A DNA stretch of 64,000 nucleotides from Octopus bimaculoides (GCF_001194135.2 NC_068998.1:22363212-22427211), one strand, 5' to 3'. Shown: positions 13,506 through 26,247, counted from the stretch's first letter. Program-made: numbers and translations. The notes: generated by a model from the sequence alone, not told the origin.

Positions 13506-13710
13506 ATGTCTTTATATTGAGAGCCAAATGTTTAAACGATGCGTCAAAACGTATTCTTATGATTGCAATAGGACATTCGTCCCCAAATGAAATATATTAG
13601 CCTTCTAGTGTAGTTTGGTGAAGCAGTAGTAAACTGATACTACAAACATGTGTTACTCACGAATCTAGATTTTCAGGCTTGCGAAATGCGATGACTAAGA
13701 TTATATTTGA

Positions 13711-14490
13711 TTTCTAAATCATATCCGAGGTGTAGTCAAAAAGCATACGACTGTTTCTAAATTATATCCGAGGTGTAGTAAAAAATCAGACGAATTTTTT
13801 CTAAATTATATGAGTTGTAGCTAAAATGAATGCGACTTTTTCTAAACTATATATGAGATGTAGTCAAACAGTATACAACTTTTTTTCTAAATTATATACG
13901 AAGAAGACATTTGTAGATAATGCTATGGGACAAACAAATAAATTAGTGGTAAAATCGGTTCAAAGATGGCTTCGGGTCAGTGACAGTGAGTTATGAATAT
14001 ACACTACAAGGTCAAAAAATCAGTAAATAATACTAGCTGCGGTTTCTTCCTCGCCTTCATGAAGCTGTGCAGCGAAGACGACTCGACATACGAGCATTAA
14101 AGAACTGGAAACCCCACCAGGACACTGTACCCGCTCATTCGCCCACGTCAGCCAAGCATTCCTCGTCAAGCAAAACACACCACCTTATCGTCAAGATCCC
14201 TACTCCTCAGACTTGACTCCGTGTGACTTTTGGCTATGTCCAAAGCTCAAAGAAAACACTCAAAGGGACGTTCGAGTCAAGATAGGGTTTTAAGCAAAAT
14301 TCGACGGCACAGCTATGCAGTATCCCAAGTGATTTCTAGAATTGTTTCCAGTTGAGGCAAGAATGCAGGCAGAAGTGTGTTGACTCCTATGGTGAATACT
14401 TTCAAGGAGACTAAATAGAAATGGTGAGTTGTTTTAATATTACTTGCTTTTTGACCAAATGTCGGATAATCTTTTACACTACACCTGGTA
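13711..14490 (+). mobile_element. Internally deleted mariner with tandemly amplified 5' terminus
   Basis: HQDTVPAH, DPYSSDLTPCDFWLCPKLKE (YSPDL motif), CVDSYGEYFQGD*. The 3' end gtcggataatcttttacactacacct is inverted relative to aggtgtagtcaaaaag at 13728. Confidence 0.85.
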
Positions 14491-14574
14491 AATATTCCGA
14501 AATTTCTCGCCATATGAAGTAAGATACGTATCACGATGCATCTGAAAGATCACGGAGCTATTAAATACGGTTTA

Positions 14575-14745
14575 AAAGTTTAGCACAAGGCCGGTAGTTT
14601 CGGGAGAGAGGCTAAGCCGATTACAGCGACCCTAATGATCGACTGGTAAAAGGAAACGTCGCCCCAGGGAAGATGAAATGAGAAAGTAATGAGGGACAAA
14701 ATGCTGCTAAGAACTTTACATGGTCTGCTAACGATTCTGCCTGCT
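14575..14745 (-). mobile_element. Degenerate SINE family B copy
   Basis: gcagaatcgttagcag head and cttgtgcta tail on the minus strand. Confidence 0.6.
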
Positions 14746-15254
14746 GGGCTTAATGGAGCTATTAATAATAGTGCCTTAACGGAGTTATTAATAATAGTGT
14801 GTCGAATATTTGGTTGATAAATCCTAGCATATGCGTGAAACAAAACAAGATAATGTATTCTTATCATTATGTCGAAGCAATTTTCTAATGTTCTTAATCA
14901 ATGTTTGAAGATCTATTGTTATTAGAGAGATTTGTCAGGCATTTATTAGAATTTCAAAATCTGAGAAATATGAAGTCAATTATTTTTATCGATACTACTC
15001 GAAGTAGAAAGACCTAGAATTTTGCGTGTAGAATATTGGGTATATAGCCTCTTGGAATACAGTTGAAGGTTGCTCAGGTATGTGTTCGTGCCCAAATGAG
15101 CAACCCTCAATGTTTCACCATCCAATGCTTTCAACCAATATTCTACAAGGTATTATTAACAGCATTATTGTCTTCAAATTTTACCGTTAAATATAATTCA
15201 CTTTGTTTTCAATGGTTTAATGTAAATAAGCCTACATAATAAAAAGAGATGATT

Positions 15255-15410
15255 TGACAGAATCGTTAACACGCCGGACGAAATTTTCAGCGTCATTTTT
15301 TTCCTTCTCCAAGTTTTGTGTTCAAAATTTGGCATTTCTTCCCCCCAGGAGTCGTGGTGTCGATGTAATTGACTTACCCCTAATCACGAAATTGTTGGTT
15401 GATGTGAACA
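15255..15410 (+). mobile_element. Degenerate SINE family B copy
   Basis: cagaatcgttaacacgccggacgaaat...gtcgatgtaattgact. Confidence 0.6.
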
Positions 15411-15675
15411 TATAACCTCAATCAGATTACCTAACATTTTAATTAGGCAAAGAGTAGTATTCCGAAAACGGAAACCAGACAGACGATCAAGCAAGTATGA
15501 AAGCTGTAACACTAAAGGCTTTTACATAAAATCTCTCGGAGAGTGGTTGATGTACAAATCAAATCCTTTAAAAAATTAATATTTCCCAAATAAAGTGCAA
15601 CATTTTCAAGAGTTTACACATTCATTTTACCATATTATAGAATATTATTCGAATGTAGAACTGGTTAAATATCTG

Positions 15676-15715
15676 TCTATCTATCTATCTATCTATCTGT
15701 ATACATACACACACA

Positions 15716-15814
<99 letters not shown>

Positions 15815-15830
15815 TTATATATATATATAC
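15676..15830. repeat. (TATC)n + (CA)n + (TA)n microsatellite
   Basis: Direct reading. Confidence 0.95.
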
Positions 15831-16493
15831 ACGGTTAAAACTAGAAAATTTAGAAGTCTTAAAAATTCATGGAATTCATGGGATCAAAAATAAAAGTAAC
15901 TAAGAATTACTATTGAAATGCTATACCACTCGCATAATGTCGATATCAGTCAATTCATTCATTACATATGGTTCTAGATAACCATAAAGACGATAAATCT
16001 TAAATTTGCTGCTAAAATAAAGGAGGCCGTCACAAACATACACTAGTTAGTATAATTTCCTGTGGATAAACACATAATGTAAATAAGTCTAGGTATTGTT
16101 TTGCTGTTCATATAGAAAACAACAAAATTTTCGGATTGGTTTTATATGATGTTCGGGAAGTGAACATTCTTACTTGCATTGTTTTTTCCCTTCATTGGCC
16201 AACGTTCTCCGTATTCAAATATACAGATTTTCATCGTCACGAGATTAAAAACCACAAAACTAATATTACTGCTTTATCAATCTATTATTTTAGCACAGAA
16301 TTTGTACAAATAAAATTACGTTATAATTCAATGTTACAGCGCAACATATTTTACGCAAACACATTTTTCGTTTATCTATGCGATCTTGAATAACGTCAGT
16401 ACATATATATGTATAAGTTTTGGGAGTAATTGTTGTGACTTATTTTTCACTCTCTCTCTCTCATTCTCTCTCTCATATATATATATATATATA

Positions 16494-17087
16494 NNNNNNN
16501 NNNNNNNNNNNNNNNNNNNNNNNNNNNNNNNNNNNNNNNNNNNNNNNNNNNNNNNNNNNNNNNNNNNNNNNNNNNNNNNNNNNNNNNNNNNNNNNNNNNN
16601 NNNNNNNNNNNNNNNNNNNNNNNNNNNNNNNNNNNNNNNNNNNNNNNNNNNNNNNNNNNNNNNNNNNNNNNNNNNNNNNNNNNNNNNNNNNNNNNNNNNN
16701 NNNNNNNNNNNNNNNNNNNNNNNNNNNNNNNNNNNNNNNNNNNNNNNNNNNNNNNNNNNNNNNNNNNNNNNNNNNNNNNNNNNNNNNNNNNNNNNNNNNN
16801 NNNNNNNNNNNNNNNNNNNNNNNNNNNNNNNNNNNNNNNNNNNNNNNNNNNNNNNNNNNNNNNNNNNNNNNNNNNNNNNNNNNNNNNNNNNNNNNNNNNN
16901 NNNNNNNNNNNNNNNNNNNNNNNNNNNNNNNNNNNNNNNNNNNNNNNNNNNNNNNNNNNNNNNNNNNNNNNNNNNNNNNNNNNNNNNNNNNNNNNNNNNN
17001 NNNNNNNNNNNNNNNNNNNNNNNNNNNNNNNNNNNNNNNNNNNNNNNNNNNNNNNNNNNNNNNNNNNNNNNNNNNNNNNNNNNNNNN
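16494..17087. other. Assembly gap (N)
   Basis: N run. Confidence 1.
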
Positions 17088-18909
17088 TATATAAAATGAA
17101 ATGTAAGTTATGATATTCACCCCAAAATTTATTTATACCAATAAAATCAATGGAAGGCTTAGAAAACAACTCGATATAGTCAATTAAGCAGTCTTATTTT
17201 TATTTCTCCTCTTAAAATCAGTGTCTTAAATATAGTGAAATAACCTATTTCGAACTTGGAAAATGTTGAAGATGCACTGTATACATATAAATGTAGGAAA
17301 GTAAAATAGTTATGTAACTCCTGCCAATCATTTGTAGCCCGGTTAGGGAAATCTAATATTAATTTATCATTCGTAATTTTGTTTCTATAAATATTTCACG
17401 CCCAGAAGACCATACTTGACTATATTTAACGCACTAATATTATGCCCAACCACACGTTTATACATGTGAGTGTTTGTGTGTGTGTTCATGTGAAAGTGTT
17501 TGTTTGTAAGACAACCCTTAGGGATACAAGTACTGGTGTGCTATAATGCCTTGCAGCTGGAAAGGAGAAAAACGAAAACGAGTATAGCTTATTTTCTCTT
17601 AAAGTAAGACTTTTATCCACTACATAAAGTATTGCATAAGGCAAGTGACTGTAAGAGAAAATAAAAATAGTGCCAGCAGATCAAATAATTATCTTCAAGA
17701 GTAAAAAAAAATATATCTTGTTTCTCTCTTTGCTGAAAGAAACAAACATGTAGTAAAAAGAAACAAAAGACAATACAATGGCAACAGGCAAAGAAAATTT
17801 CTATAAGTTCAATTTTCTCCTTCTTATCTACGTCATTTCCATGATTCTGTCTCTATTCTCCTAATCGCAATCCTTGATTTCTCCCTATTACTCCTTATTG
17901 TAATCCATAATTTTCCTTATTACGTTAGTCTGTAAAATATTTTCTTTCTGTAGCATAACGATTTGGAAAAGTTTTAAATTAGAACGTATTCTGAATATGC
18001 CATGCGGTTATGTCATCTGATATACCATTACTTAACATGCCCATCACGTATCAATTTTTAATTGATTACCTGTAGTGTGATATTACGAGATACTGATATA
18101 TTCTTACCTCATTAAACATCTGTACAGCTGTTTGCATGCGTGTATCATAACGCATATATACAGAGGAGCTTACAGCCACCCACAAACAACTATATACCAA
18201 AATGAATGTGTTTTCTTCCGCTCCCTTTATATTCTGAATTATTTTATAAGCAATTACCCCGCAACGACTGACAACTACTCGATCTACAAAACAATCATAT
18301 GTAACGTTATTATTTATGTTATTGGACTCTTTCCTAGTATTCATTTTTTTATATAGATTGAATAGGTTATTGCGTGATTATGAAACGTTTGAGGAAATTC
18401 ACAGCACCAATGTTGTTAACACCACCACAAACAATATACGCATATTTCTTAAAATAAAAGATGACGTAGGTACGATACGCTTCATGGCTGTGACTCCAAA
18501 ACCCATCTGCCTCGCTAAAACCCGAATTTACCTGCTTCGATCTTCCATTCAGTTATCGACGCAGTCTTGTAAATGAAACGCATCATGCCAACGCGGCCGT
18601 AACACCTACTGTTTCCAATCCTGCTGATCACAGTCTTATACTCTTCGTTGCAGATATCCATGTCACATTTTCTTGCCGTTAATGCTCTCGCCAGATTGGA
18701 GGTGGTTCGGCAGTATCAGCGCCAGGTAGTGCTTAAGTATAAGACAATTTTACTTTAGTTCTCATAGGTTTATGACATATTTCAACTTCTAAAGGCAAAT
18801 TCACTGTAGAGAAAAATTCTCACTTATGGTAAATCTTGGTGCTGTTCGTGTTGAATTCGTCCTGACGTGCCAGCTGTTCGTTCACACACACACACACACA
18901 CCCACACAC

Positions 18910-18955
<46 letters not shown>

Positions 18956-18968
18956 TCACACATACATA

Positions 18969-19004
<36 letters not shown>

Positions 19005-19046
19005 TATAAATATATATATATGTACGTATGTATGTAAGTATGTATA

Positions 19047-19320
19047 TGAGGTCTGATCAATAAGTATCCATAGTAACAAAGCTGAAGCCCGCGCAGTAAA
19101 GCCGTTTGGAACAGGTTGACCATAAACTTTGCAGTGCATGTGCACTCAGTTTTAATGTTCTAGCTCACTTCTGCTGATTATAGCAGTGTTTTGAAATAAC
19201 ATGCATAACGTGTGATCGTCATATTGACAATGACAAAGTTGTCATGGCGATACCTGCTCAAAGGCCCACGCAAAGTTGCAGAAAGTGTATGGCGAGGAGT
19301 GTTGGCCTCTGAAGAGGTAT
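19047..19320 (+). mobile_element. Mariner 5' end fragment
   Basis: tatgaggtctgatcaataagtatcc terminus, then AHAKLQKVYGEEC, resembling the mariner N-terminal HTH. Confidence 0.6.
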
Positions 19321-19591
19321 CGGCTGGAACATTCACCAATACAAACGCATTCTTCGAAACGATAGTAAGGTTTTGTACTACTGCTTTTGTTTGGATTGCA
19401 ATATTGGAGCACTTGACACATAATATCTCGATTAATTTTTTATGTATTTTGTATTCCCACGATAAAGGAACTTGACCTACGTAAATCTGTCATCCACTTT
19501 GATTTAGAGCACTAATTAGGAGCTCTGCAACATAGGATTTCCTTTTTTCTTATTATTCTCTCTCTCCCTCCCCACCTCTCTCTCTGTATAT

Positions 19592-19869
19592 ATAAGGTAC
19601 AGTGTATATTCAAATTCATAGGAAGAATCTACTCATGGGATTCCTTACGCTAGAAAGAACTGTCAGGTTCTACAACCACAAAATTGCGGATAAAATTCCG
19701 AAAGGAACGAAACGAAATGTAAACACTTTTAAAAGTTTTTCTTTTTCTTTTCGTTCCTTTCGAGATTTTATCCCTGACTTTGTGGTTCTAGAACCTATCT
19801 GTTCTTTCTAGCGTAAGGAATCCCATGAGTGGATTCTTGTTATGTATCTAAATATACACTGTACCTTAT
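19592..19869. mobile_element. Foldback/MITE-like element with ~125-bp inverted arms
   Basis: ataaggtacagtgtatatt...actcatgggattccttacgctagaaagaac...gaaaggaacgaaa is mirrored at ~19742-19869. Confidence 0.85.
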
Positions 19870-19961
19870 GAGTAATTCCTAGTCTTTGGACGAAAGTTTT
19901 ACACGCTAGGCCACGTGGAGGTGAAAGGTTTCATTAATTTCCATTTCCCTTTGATATGATT

Positions 19962-20221
19962 NNNNNNNNNNNNNNNNNNNNNNNNNNNNNNNNNNNNNNN
20001 NNNNNNNNNNNNNNNNNNNNNNNNNNNNNNNNNNNNNNNNNNNNNNNNNNNNNNNNNNNNNNNNNNNNNNNNNNNNNNNNNNNNNNNNNNNNNNNNNNNN
20101 NNNNNNNNNNNNNNNNNNNNNNNNNNNNNNNNNNNNNNNNNNNNNNNNNNNNNNNNNNNNNNNNNNNNNNNNNNNNNNNNNNNNNNNNNNNNNNNNNNNN
20201 NNNNNNNNNNNNNNNNNNNNN
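19962..20221. other. Assembly gap (N)
   Basis: N run. Confidence 1.
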
Positions 20222-20289
20222 ATATATATGTGTATGTGTATATCTATAAAGTTTTAAAGTGGCTAGTTGCCATTTAAGATCAAAAGATA

Positions 20290-20870
20290 CAAGTACAGCC
20301 GTCACTAATTATCCATACGTTCACTGTATCATATATTTATTATTGCCACACTGCATTCTGCGCATGTGTGGTTGTAGTTGGTACTATTGTGGTTACGTGC
20401 TTGAAGTTTGAGCCTGATGATACCACCTTTATTTCTGCCTTTACAGTGTAAGCATGGCTGCTCCACTAGCAATGTGCACCAAAGAAGAGCAAAGATGTGT
20501 GATACTCGAGTTTTCTGAAACGTCACATCAGTGATGGAGTTTGACAAGTCACATTTGTCCGGCCACTTTTAAAATTGTCGATCCACTATTAAACACTCCT
20601 GCGCGGTAGTGCATTATTTCCATATTGTGCTTAAAGACTCGGATGCATTTCAACACCTGAATCACACTCCCACCAGCATTGTCGGATCACTGCTCTTTGT
20701 TCTTTTGTGCACTTTGCAACTGGAGCGAACTGGCTCGATCACGCTCAAATTTCGATCACTTGACCACAATAGTACAAACTATAAGCCCGTATGTGCAGAA
20801 GGTCGTGTGTTAATAATAAAGATATGCTATGACCAAAGTACAGATAAAGTTTGACTTACCTGCATGTATA
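20290..20870. mobile_element. Two inward-facing mariner 5' ends (imperfect foldback)
   Basis: Plus arm encodes MAAPLAMCTKEEQRCVI. Minus arm encodes APVAKCTKEQRAVIR...AQYGNNALPRRSV**WIDNFKSGRTNV. The upstream leaders align (tgtactattgtggt). Confidence 0.75.
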
Positions 20871-21599
20871 TATACATATATATGTATAAACACACACACA
20901 TATAAACTTCCACTTGCATATATAAATATATATATATATATCCGTAAATCTACAACCTCGCTTAAAATGTCTGTAAAGGATTTGGAGTAAAACAATTTTC
21001 ATCTCATTGATAATTACAAAGCATATTAACTAAAGAAGAACAGCCTTTGATACTGTATGAAACTCATGATTTGGCAGAGTTAGATCTGATATTGTCAATG
21101 TTTTGTTCAGAGAAGTTTTATTTTATACTGTAAATTGAAACCATCTGCATATCACACACATTCTGACATGAAATGTTTTCGTTTCCTATTTTCTACACCA
21201 CTAATATATATCATGCAATCTCCTATTGTCTATGGCATTCTCAGCTAACTATTGGCACGAAATGTTGTTTACACATTTTAGAAAAATCCTTATATTTTAG
21301 AAGGTGACATAAAACAAATATAATAGATATGAAAATTGCTTGTAGAAACACATGCTTTCTAACAGTTGTCCATCTGAAAAATCAATATAGTATAACAGAA
21401 ATATTTGATTTAATTATATTCTTTAAATAAATGTGGCTGGTATTACAACGAGCAACACGTAAGCGTTCTTGTTTATACAGATGAATTAGTTTGAAATATG
21501 AATATATCATATGTATTTTAAGATACACGGATGCATATGCATTTCTGCACACGCAAACTTATATACATATGTACATAAAATACCGATAATAACAAGAAC

Positions 21600-21707
21600 A
21601 TAAATAATAATGATAATAAAAATATTACTAATAATAATAACAACAACAGCCATAACCACAACAACAACAACAACAACAACAACACCAGCAACAACAACAA
21701 CAACAAC

Positions 21708-21738
<31 letters not shown>

Positions 21739-21742
21739 GTAA

Positions 21743-21775
<33 letters not shown>

Positions 21776-21822
21776 ACCTACTACTACTACTACTAATAAT
21801 AATAATAATAATAATAATATTA
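21600..21822. repeat. Compound (ACA)n/(ATA)n/(ACT)n/(ATA)n microsatellite
   Basis: Direct reading. Confidence 0.95.
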
Positions 21823-21829
21823 ATGTTGA

Positions 21830-23800
21830 CATGATAGATGGGCAAAAGGCAATGTACGAGACAATAAACGCAAGGCTACAAGAGAACTATAGCGACATTA
21901 TTTGCAGATCGTTGGAAATTGAACCAAGAAAAAAAAAAGGTGAATGAAATTCTGAAATGCATCAAAACAAAAGACATCACGGAAACAAATAATTTGATCA
22001 AGGCAGTAAGCATTCTTGTAGCAGAAAATGTGGGTGTTGGTGTCAAAAACACAAAATATAATGGGTGTGAGCAAAGAAAAGACTCATGGTGGAATAAAAA
22101 AAAAGAATACAGCCAGGGATAGATATGCTCTCGAAGGAGAGTTCTGTGTTAGACCGGAAAGAGAAGGGAGAGCTTAAATAGCGAATAAAGGTACAAAGCA
22201 GTATGATATTGAAAGAATGAGTCTGAACTTGGTAATGGAGGAACTGAAACACAGCCTCGTTGCAAAGAGAGCAAATATGGTAAGCTTCCACCAAAGAATG
22301 AAGGGATACCAGCAGAATAGATTATTCAGTGTAGGCCAGAAGAGATTCTACAAACAAATATGTACAGTGTGTATAGATGGAAAGTGGATAACAGATAACA
22401 TTGAAAGTCAAAGGTCTTGGAGTGACATCTAAGGCAAAGACAAGGAGCACAAGAAGGATGTTGAATGGTTACAAGAACTGAAACAAAGAGTAGTCTGTCC
22501 ACAGGAGACACAACTAGTCAATTCAGTTAGGGAACTGAAGGAAATCAGCAAAGAAGTGTGCAATTGGAAGGCCCCGGAACCAGATGAATTTCAAGGCTCC
22601 CGGATCATAAGATTTGGTGAATATCATGCACGATTATCTGCACAACTCAACACCACCTTGTTAAATGCCGTCTAAGTAACACCAGAGTGGTAGAAAATCT
22701 GTAGAACAGTGTTGTGCTTGAAAAACATCGAAAAAGCTAAGACGGTAGAAAATTACAGGCCGATATCCTGCTTGACACTTAAGTGGAAATTATTGGGTGG
22801 AATAATTGTAGAGTCAATGGACATCAAAAAAAAAAAAAGAAAAAAGAAATGAGTCCTGCCACATGAGCAGAAGGGGTGCAAACGTTAGTGCAGAGGTACC
22901 AAGGATCAACTTTTCGTAGACAAAACTGTACTTAAATACTGCAAGAAGAGGAAATCTAACTCAGCCATGTCATTGATCGATTATCGTAAGGCATACGTTA
23001 TGATCCCACATTCTTGGAATATGGAGTATATGAACATATTTGGTATTGCATCGAATGTTGAACGATTGCTTGGAAAAAGTTGGCGTCACCATTGATCTTT
23101 GTACTGTACATAATACTACTAACACTGATTCTGAGGAAAGCAAAGCCTGGATATGTATTTAAGAGCTCCCTACAAAAATTCAACTACTTGTTTTTCATGG
23201 ATGACCTCAATTTCTATGGTAGAGATGAATCCCAAGTCAGTTCCCTCGTTTACATGGTGCTGATATTAGAATGGAGTTCGGACTGAAAAAAGCCTGGTGT
23301 GTTAGTCTCGAAGAGAGGTAAAATTACATGTAATGGACGGGCAAGCGATACCGTCGGGGGAGGTTATGAAGCAGATAGAAGAGACGGGCTATATGTACTT
23401 GGAGATATTGGAAATAGATAAATTGGTGGAGAAAGTAATGAGAGAAAAATTTAATAGGAGTGATTGCGTAGACTGAGAATGATACTTAATTCGAAATGAA
23501 ACAGACGGAATAAGATTGGGCGGTTTCACTAATTAGAGATGGAGTAGGGGTAATCGCATAGCCAGTAGACGAACTAAACAGCTTATAATTGATAAGATGC
23601 GAACACAGCATTAGAGCAGAATAAAACATCATAGCCTGGTATGTAAAAAATGACACAGAACAACTATTATTGTGTAGGATGAAAGATTGCAAAGAAAAAG
23701 CACTGTACAAGCACTTGAGAATGAATGAGACTGAAAATAGGTGGATAAAGAAAAGAATATATAGACAATTTCATAAGGATGTTGAAGATGAAACAGACGG
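21830..23800 (+). mobile_element. R4/Dong-clade (RLE-type) non-LTR retrotransposon remnant including the RT domain, disrupted
   Basis: KVNEILKCIKTKDITETNNLI; YQQNRLFSVGQKRFYKQ; WKAPEPD; NYRPISCL; HEQKGCK; TKDQL; IDYRKAY; LFFMDDL (FMDD at 23194-23205); YLEILEID. Many stops and frameshifts, and an internal deletion near 23085. Confidence 0.85.
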
Positions 23801-24129
23801 AAAAAATATGCAACACCCCTCCAAAATCATACAAGAAGAAACTCATACTGTAAATACCCAACGAATTGAACCCACACCGGGTGCCATAGAAGGCCGATAC
23901 CCGAGGGAAAAAGACAACTTGCGCAATAGAAACAACACATAGTATAAAAACTAATACAACAGAAGATTCAAAGAAAATACCATAACAAAATGTACTGATA
24001 CAATACAATATCCACTCCGCCAGAACATGCACCAAACACCACACTAACAACACAAAGGTGCGACAAATAATGTAACAGAATGTTTCTTGAAACCCTCAGA
24101 TGCTGAAAAACAATAGTAGTAATAACGAT

Positions 24130-24545
24130 GGTGACGAAGTTTACCTTACCTCAGTTTATGAGAGACAGGAGTTTCACTAGAACTCTGCAACAACGAACAT
24201 GAAGCTAAACCTTAAAGAGAAGGCCTCTCGCTCGGCCGTGGTTAAGTAAAGATTACGACTGACGACGCTTGTCATCGTATACAGCATCAGAAGATAATAG
24301 ATCAAGGAGGAGGAAGTGGGCCAGCGAAGAAAACAGGATAGTGATACAGTGCTACTTAGAAAGTGAACCTAAAAGGAGGGGGCAAAGAAAACAGATGTTA
24401 ATACCTTTGATAGAGCATGACGTGTTTAAAGTGACTGAGCAGAGATTAGTTGATCAAGCTAATGCTATTAGGAGAACCAGGTAAAAGACAGAGTTGGAAA
24501 TAGAAGAGATCACAAGTGAACTGGAAAAGAAAGACCAGGCAGTGG
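24130..24545 (+). mobile_element. N-terminal (5') segment of an R4/Dong-clade element
   Basis: RRRKWASEENRIVIQCYLESEPKRRGQRKQM...TEQRLVDQANAIRR...ELEIEEI matches the recalled N-terminal domain of R4/Dong ORFs. Confidence 0.7.
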
Positions 24546-26132
24546 GAAAGACTATAGACACCAGCAGCTCACACGGCCGTCTTAATTGGGTCTAATGCCC
24601 ATTCAATGTTATGGGGGGGGGTGAATCCTGGCGTAATGACATAGTCTCAACGTCTGCTATGTCCATTCCTGGTGGCCCCAGCTTCAAACCCTGTTGAAAT
24701 CCTACACTACGTCTTACAGCCTTCAAATTGTTCACAGATCAATGCGAAGCAGTCCAGATATCCGCATTTGGATACCAGACACGACTCATCATGATAGAAG
24801 TAACTCTGTTCTAATGTTGAGATGTCTGCTAGTACTACATGTCTGCTAAATTATTCTCAACGACCACTGTAATCTTTATGTTCTCTATTGTCGTTGAGTG
24901 TTCATCAATACACCAACCTGTTGGTAGAAAAATTTGACATAGATATCATCAACCTAAATACAATCCCGATACTTACAACAGAAACATATAAAAAACAACA
25001 ACACACAAATTTTATACCAAAAATTTCAGTAAGCATTGGGTAAGTGTGAAGTGTTAACAAAAAATGAAAATTTGTATCAAAGTAATTACTTTATATTTAT
25101 GTACTGAATAAGGTTTGAAAATATATGAAGGTTAAACTTTTCACTAAATCATGCTAAAGATAAGGTGTAAGTTACCGATTAGAGTATTCTTTATTCGGGT
25201 GTAAACGAAGAAACTTTAGGTGTAACTACATAGATCTTATTTCTACACACGTCAGTTAATGGAAACTGCAGAGAGTCATAATCCTCATAAATGTCTCTGT
25301 TAGCGGTTCAAATTAAATATTCAGTAAAAAAAACAAAAAAAAAACGAAGAAACTATATTATTGACTATATATACATATCACATAAATTGCAAAATCGTTC
25401 TTCCATTAATTTAGTACATATCTGTTAATAACTAACAAACGTTAGATGAGAGAGTGTACCACACTGTTGCGATATCAGTGTAAACCGAAATATTTATGCA
25501 TGATTGATTTTGTTTCAAACGTTCAAAGCATATACTACCTTCAACTCTTAAAATTGATCAGCAAACTTGCTTTCTAGGGAACAATCGTGATTGCAGAATG
25601 CATTTTATTTATTACTTGTTGGATAGGGAGGAATGATGCGTGATTATGACATTTTGAAGTCATACGAGACGGTGAAAATCGTATCATTAATCATCTGTCT
25701 AAACAATAATTTTCTGTTTGCGGTTGAGTAAAACTGATCACGAAAATGAGTCGCGCTTTAGAATGTGGTATTCTACCGTATTTAAAAAAAAGAAAAACTT
25801 ACTCTAATGTCTCATCATTATTAAACAGAGTGTACTAAAGAAACACGATAGCAGTCAAAACACAAGCACTGTAAGCTAGGATATCCGAAACTAATTTATA
25901 GCTATCTCTGTGTGGTAATATGAGCAATTATGCTCACATAAGCTGTTATATTACCATCGCTGTTTCATTTTTTTTTTTTTTCGTTACCGAGTTACATTCG
26001 GAAAATCATGCAGGACATATGTAGACTTATATATGAGCTATTGATAAAACTATTTGGCACAGACTTTGTTTGATTTTCGCATTAAATTGCTTTAATATTT
26101 CGTAACTGGTGTTATTGGAAAATATACCAGGT

Positions 26133-26171
<39 letters not shown>

Positions 26172-26173
<2 letters not shown>

Positions 26174-26247
26174 TTTTCGTTGTTTCTTAACTTGAATATC
26201 GATATATATATATATATCGATATTCAAGTTAAGAAGCAACGAAAACT
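26172..26247. repeat. Near-perfect 76-bp palindrome centred on (TA)n
   Basis: agttttcgttgtttcttaacttgaatatcg(ata..tat)cgatattcaagttaagaagcaacgaaaact; one mismatch. Confidence 0.95.

Noticed and set aside
13711-13900. CRISPR-like appearance of the regular repeats
   Set aside because: No unique spacers, no cas genes, eukaryotic context; the unit matches a mariner terminus.
18105-18232. Minus-strand exon candidate NIKGAEENTF...QMFNE with a gtaag donor
   Set aside because: Phase is incompatible with the upstream candidate, the acceptor is weak, and the peptide is not recognised.
24640-24720. WWPQLQ / P.S..NPVE-like peptides suggesting an integrase or Tc1 fragment
   Set aside because: Only a few residues match and there are no supporting motifs nearby.
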